Shown: piece after piece, positions 1-11,915 of the stretch
How positions within the stretch are numbered: the stretch's first letter is position 1
Layout: each line of letters starts with the position of its first letter
DNA from: the human T2T-CHM13v2.0 reference genome, Homo sapiens
Assembly: GCF_009914755.1 (NCBI RefSeq)
Contig: NC_060926.1
Length of the DNA: 64,000 nucleotides
Strand: one strand, 5' to 3'
Made by a program: the position numbers and the translations under genes
The notes under the pieces: model-generated
Database searches by the model: none
The model's input: only the letters and a program-made list of their open reading frames with translations
What the model was told of the DNA's origin: nothing

Positions 1-40
1 TACAAAGTTTTATATTAAAAATAATAATATAACATGTTTA

Positions 41-2616
41 GTTAGGTATATTCCTTATTTATTTATTTATTTATTTTGCAGCTGTTGTAAAAGAGGTTGA
101 GTTCTTGCTTTGAGTTTCAGCTTGGTCGCTAATGTGGTTTGGCTGTGTCCCCACCCAAATCTCATCTTGAATTGTAGTTCCCATAATCACATGTCCTGGG
201 AGGGAGAGGTGGAAGGTAATTGAATCATGGGGCAGTTACCCCATGCTGTTCTCAGGATAGTGAGTGAGTTCTCATGAGATCTGATGGTTTTATAAAAGGC
301 TTTTCCCCCTTGGCTAGGCACTTCTTCCTGTTGCCTTGTGAAGGTGGCTTTCTTCCCCTTACCCTTCCACCATGATTGTAAGTTTCCTGAGGCTTCTCCA
401 GCCATGCTGAACTGTGAGTCGATTAAACTTCTTTCCTTTATAAATTACCCAGTCTCAGATATTTCTTCCTAGTAGTGTGAGAACAGACTAATACAGTAAT
501 CTGTTACTTCAGAGAGTGGGGTACTGCTATAAAGATACCCAAAAATGTGGATGCGACTTTGGAACTGGGTAATAGGCAGAGGTTGGAACAGTTTGAAGGG
601 CTCAGAAGATGGCAGGAAAATGTAGGAAAGTTTGGAACTTCCTAGAGACTTGGAGAGCTCAGAAGACAGGAAGATGTGGGAAAATCTGAACTTCTAGAGA
701 CTCGTTGAATGGCTTTAAACAAAATGCTGCTGATAGTGATATGAACAATTAAGTCCAGGCTAAAGTGGCCTCAGATGCAGATTAGAAATTTATTGGGAAC
801 TGGAATAAAGGTGACTTTTGCTATGCTTTAGCAAAGAGACTGGTGGCATTTTCCCCCTGCCATAGAGATCTGTGGAACTTTGAACATGAGAGAGATAATT
901 TAGGGTACCTGGAGAGAGGAATTTCTAAGCAGCAAAGTGTTCCAGAGATGACAGAGCATAAAGGCTTGGAAAACTTGCAGCCCAACAATGTGGTAGAAAA
1001 GAAAAACCCATTTTCTGGGGAGAAATTCAAGTCAGCTGCAGAAACTTGCATAAGTAACAAGGAGCCAAATGTTAATGACAGAGACCATGGGGAAAATGTC
1101 TCCAGGGCATGTCAATGTCTCCAGGGCATGTCAGAGACCTTCCCAGCAGCCCCTCCCATCATAAGTCCAGAGGCCTAGGAGAAATAAAAAATGGTTTCCT
1201 GGGCCAGGTCCAGGGCCCTACTACTGTGTGCATGCTTGGGGACTTGGTGCCCTGTATCCCAGCCACTCCAGCTGTGGCTAAAAGGGGCCAAGGTACAGCT
1301 TGGGGCATGGCTTCAGAAATGTGCTGCAGGGGCAGGGCTGTCATGGAGAACCTCTGCTAAGGCAGTGAGGAAGGGAAATGTGGAGTTGGAGCACCCACAC
1401 AGAATCCCCACTGTGGCACTACCTAGAGGAGCTGTGAAAAGAAGGCCACTGTCCTCCAGACCCCAGAATCATAGTTCCACTAACAGCTGGCACCATGTGC
1501 TTGGAAAAGCCACAGATACTCAATGCCAGCCATGAAAGCAGCCCAGAGGGGGGTTATACCCTGCCAAGCCACAGGTGCAGAGCTGTCCAAGGCCATGGAA
1601 GCCTACCTCTTGCATCAGCATGACCTGAATGTGAGACATGGAGTCAAAAGAGATTATTTTGAAACTTTAAGGTTTAGTGACTGCCATATTGGATTTTGGG
1701 CTTGCATTAGGCCTGTACCCCCTTTGATTTGGCCAATTTCTTCCATTTGGAACAGATGTATTTACCCAATGCCTATACTCCCATCATATCTAGGAAGTAA
1801 CTAACTTGCTTTTGGTTTTACAGGCTCATAGGTAGAAGGGACTTGCCTTGTCTCAGATGAGACTTTGGACTTGGTCTTTGGATTAATGCTGGAATGAGTT
1901 TGAGTTAAGATTTTGAGGGACTGTTAGAAGGGCACGATTGTGTTTTTAAATGTGAGGACATGAGATTTGGGAGGGGCCAGAGAAGAGTTATATGGTTTGG
2001 TTGAATCCCCACCCAAATCTAATCTTGAATTGTAGTTCCCATAATCCCCATGTGTTATGGGAGGGACCCAGGGGAAGGTAACTGAATCATGGGGGGTGGT
2101 CACCCCCATGCTGTTTTCATGATAGTGAGTTCTCATGAGATCTGATTGTTTTATAAGGGGCTTTTTCCCCTTTGCTTGGCACTTCTGTTTCCCACCACCT
2201 TGTGAAGAAGATGCCTTGCTTCCTCTTCACCCTCCACCATGATTGTAAGTTTCCTCAGGCATCCCCAGCCATGTGTACTGTGAGTCAATTAAAGCTCTTT
2301 CCTTTATAAATTACCCAGTCTTAGGTATTTCTTCATAGCAGCATAAGAGCAAATTAATACAGTCGTTATCGGTGTATAGCAGTGCTACTGACTTGTGCAC
2401 ATCGATTTTGTATCCTGAAACTTTACTGAATTCATTTATGAGATCTAGGAGCCTTTTGGATGAATCTTTAGGGTTTTCTAGGTATATGATCATATCATCA
2501 GTGAACAGTGAGAGTTTGAGTTCCTCTTTACCTATTTGTATGCCCTTTATTTCTTTCTCTTGTCTGATTGATCTGGGCAGGACCTCCAGTACTATGTTGA
2601 ATAGAAGTGGTGAAAG
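41..2616 (-). mobile_element. Inverted 5' segment of an L1PB element (ORF2 antisense), interrupted by THE1 at 130-2361
   Basis: gttaggtatattcct...gagttcttgctttgagtttcagcttggtcgc (41-129) continues after the THE1 as gtcgttatcggtgtatagcagtgctactg...actatgttgaatagaagtggtgaaag. The minus ORF 2311..2493 ([30 protein letters not shown]) is L1 ORF2p. Confidence 0.85.
130..2361 (+). mobile_element. Complete THE1 (THE1C/D-like) MaLR element: 5' LTR 130-495, internal 496-1987, 3' LTR 1988-2361
   Basis: LTRs start taatgtggtttgg / ttatatggtttgg and end ...taataca. The internal region is typical THE1-int. The 5-bp TSD is gtcgc (125-129) / gtcgt (2362-2366). Confidence 0.92.
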
Positions 2617-4345
2617 ATCTTTACAAGGAAAACTACAAAACCCTGCTGAAAGAAATTATAAATGGCACAAACAAATAAAAATATCCCATGCTCCTGGATG
2701 GGTAGAAACAATATTGTGAAAATGATTACACTGCCAAAAGCAATCTATGAATTCAATGCATTTCCCATCAACATACCATTATCACTCTTCACAGAACTAG
2801 AAAAAAAATCCTAAAATTCATATGGAACTAAAAAGAGCCTGCATAGCCAAAGCAAGACTAAGAGAAAGAATGGTTCTGCAGGCATCACATTACCCAACTT
2901 CAAACTATACTACAAGGCTATAATTACCAAAACAGCATGATACTGGTATAAAAACAGGTACATAGACCAATGGAACAGAATATAGAACCCAGAAATAAGG
3001 CCAAATACTTACAGCCGACTGATCTTTGACAAAGCAAAAAAAAACATAAAGTGGGAAAAAGACACCCTATTCAACAAATAGTGGTGAGATAATTTTCAAG
3101 CCACATGTAGAAAAATGAAACTGGATCGTCATCTCTCACCTTAAACAAAAGTCAACTCAAAATGGATAAAAAACTTAAATCTAAAACCTGAAACCATAAA
3201 CATTCAGATGATATCATCAGGAAAACTCTTCTAGACATTGTCCTAGACAAAGAATTCACGTCCAAGAACCCAAAAGCCAATGCAACAAAAATAAAGACAA
3301 GTAGATGGGACTTCATTAAACTAAAAAGCTTCCGCACAGCAAAAGTAATAATCAGCAGAGTAAACAGACAACCCTTAGAGTGGGAGAAAATCTTCACAAA
3401 CTATGCATCTGACAAAGGACTAATATCTAAAATCTACAAGGAACTCAAACAAATCAGCAAGAAAAAGAAAACAAAAAATCCCATCAAAAAGTGGGCTCAG
3501 GACATGAATAGACAATTCTCAAAAGGAGATATACAGATGGTCAACAAACATATGAAAAAATGCTTAGCATCACTAATGATCAGGGAAATGCAAATTAAAA
3601 CCACAATGCAATTCCACCTTAACCCTGCAGAATGGCCATAATCAAAAAATAAAAAAAATAGATGTTGGTGTGGATGTGGTGAAAAGGGAACACTTTTGCA
3701 ATGCTAACGGGAGTGTAAACTAGTATAACCACTATGCAAAAGAGTATGGAAATTCCTTAAATAAATAAAATTAGAACTATCATTTGATTCAGTAATTCTA
3801 CTACTGGTGCCTATCAAGTGGAAAAGAAGTCATCATATGAAAAAAACACTTGCACACGCATGTTTATAGAAGCACAATTCACAATTGCAAAAATATGGAA
3901 CCAGCCTAAATGCCCATCAACTGATGAGTGGATAAAGAAAATGTGATGTATATATACCATAGAATGCTACTCAGCCATAAAAAGGAATGAGATAATGCAT
4001 TCTTAGCAAGCTGAATGGAGTTGGAGACCATTAATCTAAGTGAGCTAACTCAGAAATGGGCAACCAAACATTATGTGTGCTCACTTATAAGTGGGAGCTA
4101 AGATATGAGGGTGCAAAGGCATAAGAACAAGACAATGGACTTTGAGACCTCAGGAGGAAGTGTAAGAGAGGGGTAAGGGATAAAAGACTACACATTGGGT
4201 ACAGTGTACACCGCTCAAGTGATGGATGCACCAAAAGCTCATAAATCACACCAAAAGAACTTATTCATGTAACCAAACACCACCTGTTCCCCAAAAACTT
4301 CTGAAATAATAAGAAGAATTTTAAAATTTTTTAAATAAATAAAAG
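2609..4345 (+). mobile_element. L1PB (L1PB2-like) sense segment: ORF2 3' part, 3'UTR and A-rich tail
   Basis: Continuous degenerate ORF2 C-terminal sequence. The 3'UTR ataaaagactacacattgggtacagtgtacac...aaccaaacaccacctgttccccaaaaac is characteristic of L1PB. Confidence 0.88.
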
Positions 4346-4360
4346 AATAATAATATATGC

Positions 4361-4640
4361 GGGAACAGAAAACCAAATACCACATTTTCTCACTTATAAG
4401 AGGAAGCTAAATGATAAGAACTTATGAACATAAAGAAGAAAACAACAGACACTGAGGTTTACTTGATGGGGCAGGGTGGAAGGAGGGAAAGGAGCAGAAA
4501 AGATAACTGTTGAGTACTGGCCTTAATACCTGGGTGATGAAATAATATGTACACATGTTTACCTACGTAACAAACCTTCACTTTTACCCCCAAACCTAAC
4601 ATAGAGGTAAAAAATAAAATAAATAAAATAAAATAATAAT
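4361..4640 (+). mobile_element. Short 5'-truncated L1PA13-16-like 3' end
   Basis: gagcagaaaagataactgttgagtactggccttaatacctgggtgatgaaataat...gtaacaaaccttcac, followed by an (AAAAT)n tail. Confidence 0.8.
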
Positions 4641-5457
4641 AAGCACTAATAGTCAGAATATCTCAGAAAACACAAGAGCAATAGGATAGGGTAAGAGGTG
4701 GCTATCCCTACCAGGTAGTAAAACATAAATCCTCTAAAAGTAAAACCATATGGTATGGGTAAATGGGTTTACAAAGAAATCAATGAAATATAGCTGAATG
4801 TCTAGAAATAGAATCAATTGCATATGGAATTCAGTATATTAATAAGCAGCACTGCAAATCAGTGGGGGAAAGAAAAACAGTAAATGATGTTGGAGTAATC
4901 TGATATTCACATTATAACAAAAGATAAAACTAGGTTATTTCTCACATCATACACCAGAAAAAAAAAGTGTATTATGAGATATTTAAATGTAAAAATGGAA
5001 AACATACAAATACTAGAAGAAAGCATGAGTAAATCCTCTATAATCTGAAAGAGGAAAAACTTAAGAAGCAATAAAGGAACAGATTAATAAACACAAGATA
5101 TAACAATTTAAAAAATATGGCAAAAATAAATCTTAAATATAATGAAAAAAATGACAAACTGGAAAAAATTTTTGCAACTTATATGACAGAAAAGAGTTGG
5201 TATCCCTAAAATAGAAAGATTGTCTAATAGAAGAAAAACTCCAATAACTCTATTGAAAAATGAACAAGAGATATAAATATAGACTTAACAGAAAAAGAAA
5301 GGCAGATGGCCCTTTAACATGAAAATATGCTCAACGTCATTCATAATAATAGAGTTGCAGATTAAAACTACAGTTATCATTCTCACCTATCGTACTGTCA
5401 AAAATGTAAAAGTTTAATGGTATATTCTGTTGGTAAACCTTTGGGGAAATAAGTCTT

Positions 5458-5758
<301 letters not shown>

Positions 5759-7352
5759 GGGAAATAAGTCTTATATATTGCTGGTAGAATGTCAAGTGGT
5801 ACAACTACTAGAGAACAGATTTATGCAACATCTAATAAAATTACATATGCTTTTACCATTTTAATCAGCAATCTCATGTGGAGGATTTTAACTTAATTAT
5901 TCAATGATCTGCCTCCCCCAAAGAAGATATATTCATAAGGCTATTCATTGTGTTACTATTTCTAATAGCAAAAGAGTGGAAACAACTTAAATGTCTATTC
6001 AATAGAAGATTGGTTGAATAAACTATAGTATTAATACATTTATTTACACATTGGAGTACTACCAGCTGTAAGAAGGAGCAAAGATTATCCCCAATACTGT
6101 TATGCTATCTGGAATCATGTAAATGTTTTGCAAAACTGTAAATAAAAGTTATTCAAAAAATAAAGTAATTTTAAGAATTGGAAACAAAACAAACTTAATT
6201 TTGTATTGAGTGATTGGCTTAATCTCACACAGAAATTATTTCAAGTGACTTGAAAATACAGCCATGTGGCTGTACATCCCTAGGGGGATATATTCTAACA
6301 GGAAAAATAATTCCAAAGAAATTTTGATCAGTGTTTGCTATTCATAATTTTGGTGGTAATATCTGTGTTGTTATTCTGAACTGATGTATGTGTATGCAGG
6401 ATAAGACAAGGGCACAATTATGTTGGTTGTGTTGGGAATAAAATGTTTCCATGGGAGAAGAGAGGTGTGTTGTGTACAATCAGAGAAATTAAGTCAAAAT
6501 GCTTTAATATGAATTTTAGTTATATAGATGTCTGCATACATTTATGATGTATTTTCTTTTTTAAAATATGCATTTTTTTTACTTCTGCCCACTAAAAAGA
6601 CCTAGAAATGATGACCAGCTAAATACCAGTGGCACCCTTATTCCCTATACTTTTCTCCATATGACACTTCTTACTGGAGCAAACTATGGTACCTACAAGA
6701 AATTCTAGGCCTGGGACAATAAATGTACCATACTTTTCAGTTCTGAAAATCAAAGAAGTTATTGAAGTCTGCTGAAGTTTTATGAAAAGAACTCAAAAGC
6801 TAACTTGAAGTGGCTTTTAACTACCAAAGAGAGGACAATTTGAGCATCAAAATCAATGAATACCTTCATGAGAGTTAAAGCTGTCCCATATATGTCTAAA
6901 TTATTCTGAAAATGAAAATTAAAAACCAGCTCAATGGTCACCTCTGGAGGATGCCAGGAGAACCAAAGCATAATTGAGAAAACTGTGAACTAAATGCAGA
7001 TAACCAAACATTTGTCCTGCCTTTCTTTATAAACTATCCTTTAGTTTGTAACCAAATAGTTGATTATAGAAAGTTAATCTTTTTAAAAGAATTACATTAA
7101 TTAATAAACAATACCATTTTGTAGCCTCTAATAAAACAATGGATCAGAGTAATGATTACCAATCCTCCCGAAGCCAATAGATGAAAAGTTTTTGGAGAAT
7201 TTTATAATGGCCAGATTAATCTTAACATCACACACACACACAAAGAGAGAAACTATCATTGGATTCTGCCTGGAGGAACAAAATATGAGACAACTGTGAA
7301 GTACTCTTGTCAAAAATTTGAAGCTAAATCTGATCTCACCTCTAGATCTAAG

Positions 7353-7423
7353 TATCAGGTTAAGCCATATAAAATTGCCATTTTGACCTACAAATATGAA
7401 ATTTTATTTGATTCAGCCTAATA
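7353..7423. mobile_element. MADE2-like mariner-derived MITE
   Basis: tatcaggttaagccatataaaattgcc...aattttatttgattcagcctaata: imperfect terminal inverted repeats with TA ends, matching the recalled MADE2 consensus. Confidence 0.75.
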
Positions 7424-8698
7424 CCTAAATAGAGGGACAGAAAACCATGTTAAGTTAAATTTCATGTGAAGCAATTGGCAAAATTCAGACTGAACAAATC
7501 ACCCAATTTCTGCAACAAAAAATGTATAAGAAAATTTAAAAGGAGTGAGAAGAGTACTCATGGGTGAAAAAAGACTCAGTGATGAAATACAGGGGGCCAG
7601 TGAAGCAGGTACCTTATTAGAATCCTTGTTCAGACAATCCAGCTGTCAAAAACAAGAGAGAGGGAATTAAGAAAAATTTAAAACTATTTAGCTATTTGAT
7701 GATAATACAAATTTAGTGTTAATTTTTAGGTGTTTTAATGGCATTGTGGTTATTTTTTAAAGGAGTACTTGTCTTTTTTATGTATGTATTAGAGTATACT
7801 ACTGATGAATTCAGATAGTTTGGAATTTGCTCTAACAATTTAAGGAATAGGAAATAAAGGAGATAAGAGTATAGATTAACAAGGTTGACAATTAAACTGC
7901 TCTCTATGACTTTGTATATTTGTATGACATTTTCCATCATTTAAAAAAACTTGGAGGAAAGAAGATGTAGACTCTAATTATTGGTGAGTCATTGAAAGAC
8001 TTTTATCAGGGAAGCACAGATTCATCAAATTATTTAAAAACAACACACATGTTCTTGTCTTGCGTTTTTCTATGAGACACATAGGAGCCCAATATAACTA
8101 CAATTTCTTTGAACTTGACTGTTTGAAGCCCAAAGTAAAGGTATCTCAGAGCGAATGGGTGGCAGCCACATTTGCCTTACAGCTTTTAAAAGACAGAGAG
8201 AGAGAAGTGAAAGAAAAAAGTCGACATGCAAGGTCAGATGTTTATGATTTTCTAATGCTCTAACAGATCAGCTAGAACGTTTCACCAGATGAACTGATGT
8301 TGTATAACTCAAAGACAGGAAATGTTGTGCAAAGTTTGTGCATCTTGTTTTTGAACAAGACTTAAGTTATTAGAAGTGAACCAATTTAAACTCTGTAAAC
8401 AGAAAGTTCAAATGGTATAGTAATTTTTCTCTAAAGGAAATAGTTTCATATTTTCAAATACTCTTAGTAATCCAAGAAACATTAACATATGTTCTCTGCA
8501 AACTTATTTACGCCATTAATTTTCTTAAGAAAGCTTTTCCAAAAAGGATATAGGGATAAACTTAAAGCTTACTATGTCTTTAAATCTATTTTCTTTACAT
8601 TTCATATAGGTATCCAAGTATTTTTAAGATCCAATTCCTGCCACCCTTGAAAACACCAGCTTCATGTGCTATTGTTCCCCTGCCACATGTATCTTCAT

Positions 8699-9760
8699 TG
8701 TGGTGGATACACCTTAAGGTAGGCCTTAAAAATTTCTGCCCCAGACTTTCAAGCTATTGTGTAATCCCCTCCTCTTAAGTGTAGGCAGGACCTGTGACTT
8801 GCTTCTAACCAATATAATGTAGCAAAGGTGATTGGATGTCACTTCTGTGAGTAGATAATACTACATGACAAAGGTCGTGCAATATCATTGCCACGGTTAG
8901 GTTATGAAATACATATGACTCTGCCTTTCTAGTGTGCTTTTGTGAACAAATGTGAACCTGAAGGAGCTAATGCTTCACGATAGATCCCAAGTGGCTAACT
9001 GGGTCTAAATTCAAACAGAGCCAAGTGGCCATTTGCTGAGTAGAGGTCACAGATGTACTCTGAGTTCTCAGGAAACCCATACCTCTGTTTAACTTTTGAG
9101 TTTTCATAACTCACGTGAATCAATCAATCAGAGCTCCCTTGAACCAACCAATCAGAACTCATCTGCTTTGACTAATTAGGGCTCAACTGTGTTAACCAAT
9201 CAGAACTCAGCTGCATCAACCAATCAGAACCAAACAAGTTTGAGTCCTTCATTTGCATAAATCGACCTGATTGGAAAACTGAATGGGAACTTTCACTCTA
9301 AAACTAGCCCTCTCTGTGTTTTCTGGAACAGCATCTTGATTTTACACCAAAGTCAATGTCTGCTTGGTTTACAAACTGTTCACTGAAATAAAGCCTCTTT
9401 CATCCAAATTCCTTTTCAGATAACTTTTATTCACACAGAGAGACCTTCCTTCAGGACTTGAAGAAGCAAGTCAAGTTGTTACGATGTGAATGGAGAAGTC
9501 CACATGGTAAAGAACCAGAGGCAGCTCCTAGGGTTTTGAGGGCCTTCATCCTATGACCATAAGGAGTTAAATTTTCCTAACATCCACTTGAACTTAGAAG
9601 AGGATCCCTAGCTTCAGAAAGGCACACAGTTCAGCTGACACATTACAGCCTTGTGAAATCCTAGGAGAACCCAGATAAGCCATGCCCTGAACTATGAAAA
9701 CCGTGTAAGAATAAAAGCGTGCTGTTTTTGTGGTTATGTGTTAGGCAGCCGTAGAATATG
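8699..9760 (+). mobile_element. MLT1 (E/F/G-type) LTR, split by LTR47
   Basis: gtaatcccctcctcttaagtgtaggcaggacctgtgacttgcttctaaccaat in the 5' half. The 3' half has gaacttagaagaggatccc...gctgacac...aataaa. Confidence 0.75.
8941..9435 (+). mobile_element. LTR47-family solo LTR (ERVL)
   Basis: Starts tgtgaacaaatgtgaacctgaa and ends ttcaca. It has tandem accaatcag units and an aataaa near the 3' end. No clean TSD is visible. Confidence 0.7.
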
Positions 9761-9869
9761 CTGAGCACATTTTCATGGCCCCCATGGCATGTACGACTTA
9801 GTCTTTCATTCGGAACGTCTCTCTCTTATTTACCTGCTATATGTTTTGCAAAATACAATGTAGCAAAAC

Positions 9870-10830
9870 ATATAGCATCCTTTAAGATTTAGTGTAAACG
9901 TATTCTCTGATAAGTTTCTCCAGTTTTTCCTTCTACCCTATATTCATGCTTCAATCATCAGTCTTTATGTACATGCAATTGCCTTAACATATATCTATCA
10001 TTGCAAATACCACCTTAAATTATAGTTATTCATGGACTGCATCCCTCACCAGACATTGAGGTTTGCGTGTATTTATTCATTTATTCAACAAACTTTTATT
10101 TCTTACTCACAACATACCAGATTGTGTGCAAAGTACTAGAAACACAGGCTTAAGGGGTCTTTTCTCAAAAGGCAGAGACCATATCTTATCCATCTTTATA
10201 TTTCCTGATGAGTGCTGCATTTGGAACATAAAAAAATGGGGGGGATTATGTTAATTTACTAAAACATCAATTTTTCAAAAGGCAATTTGCCAAATGATCA
10301 ATTCATCAAAAACTACCAAGCACCTTAAACTGATTTTTCACAGCCATTTCGTTCTGAGAGGAAGAAACAGGGTGTGAACCTAAAAAAAAAAAATAAAAGA
10401 AATAAAAGAAATAAAAAGAAAAAAATGAGAAGTGTATGCAAGGAAAAGCCCACCCCTTGAATATGGAAACATATTTGTGTTCTAAAACATGAATTTCATA
10501 AAAAATTGAAACTCAGCCAAGTAGAACTAGGGAAATTTTTGACTCTAGCAAACTAAGCAAATTGGTCACTTGGTAAATTAGTTGCAGTAAATTGGTCTGA
10601 TTTTAGGTTACTACTCTTATTTATCAATTTGGTAGAAATAATAAGAGCAACTGTGATTTTAAGGAAGACAAAGTCCACCTGAGCTAGAGTAGTTGGAGTG
10701 GACATTCTGGAGGAGATGGAACATAAACTGAGATTTCGAAGAAAGAAAGAATCTAAGCAAATGGAGATTTAAAAATTGGGAAAAAACTAATTATGTACAA
10801 AGGGCAGTGAGACTACTTTTCTCACCAAAG
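9870..10830. mobile_element. L2 fragments (mixed orientation)
   Basis: ttcatttattcaacaaac (L2 3' end, antisense), ggcagagaccatatcttatccatcttta, and ttctggaggagatggaacataaactgagattt. Confidence 0.5.
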
Positions 10831-11915
10831 CAATTCAGCTCAAATTTAATTAATTAATTATTATAAACATACAAATTCACTATATTATTAATTTATTAGT
10901 AAGATTCACAACAAAAAGGCAGGCATTCACAAAAAAACTTAAGATTCAGTCTCTTAAGAAACTTATGATTCAAAATTAAAGGTCAAAAATGCTGACCTTT
11001 AGAAGAATTGCATTCCTCTGACAGTTAATGTCAGAGGATTTAGCATAAGACACGGGGAGACTTTTTATTCTTTGGAAGCAGCATGTTTACTTTACAAACA
11101 AAACAAATGTGAAGACATTCCCCTTAGCAACAACAATCATGAAACACACACATCCCCTTACTTTCCTTTTTGGTCTTATCCATGTCCTGGATGTCTGCTG
11201 TGGGAGTATTATCAGTTTCCTTTCTTGTGTATTGATCTCCTGTCTATCATCAGATTTCTGTCACTTCATAAAACAAATACAAACTGGGATTTTGTGTTGT
11301 CTTATGTTTCTTTTTTTTTTGGAATTGTGAAATTTTGGAATTACTTTTTTGTTCAGTGATTGGTAGAATTTATTGATACAACCATTTTGGTCTTGTGATT
11401 CTCTACAGTTATAGAAATATTCAGGTTTTCTATTTCTTTTAAGTTAGATTAAATTTTTCTATGAATTTTTTCATTCCATCCAAGCTTTAAATGTATTAGC
11501 ATAAAATCTTTATATTATTTGTTTAATTTCTATAACATGTACAATTACGTCCACTTTTTATTCCCAATGATATTTATTTATATCCTCATTCTGTTTTTAT
11601 TAATGGATCTTGCCATTTTTATTGTTTATTGGTCAATTTTATTTTTGTCCAGAATAATGACTTTTGTCTTTTTTGATTCTGCATGTTGTATATTCATTAT
11701 TGCTTATATTAAATTTATCTTACCATTATCAGTAACTTTATTCTACTCTTTCTGTATTTATTCTGTTTTATCAACTTTTGAAGTTGACTGCTTAATTCCA
11801 TAATGTCTACTTCTTTAGTGTATGAGCTACTTTAAAATCTTTTTTTTAATTTCTGGATGCATTTTTTTCAGTAGTCTTTGTTGTTTATTTCCAATATATT
11901 ATGATTTATTTCAAA

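Noticed and set aside
821-1804. Cluster of 60-150 aa ORFs here and at 17118-18750
   Set aside because: All lie in THE1 internal or LTR sequence and are decayed MaLR frames, not host genes.
11072-11803. Hydrophobic F/L/I-rich ORFs resembling membrane proteins (also 18885-19127 and 46908-47303)
   Set aside because: They are translations of T-rich antisense L1 remnants.
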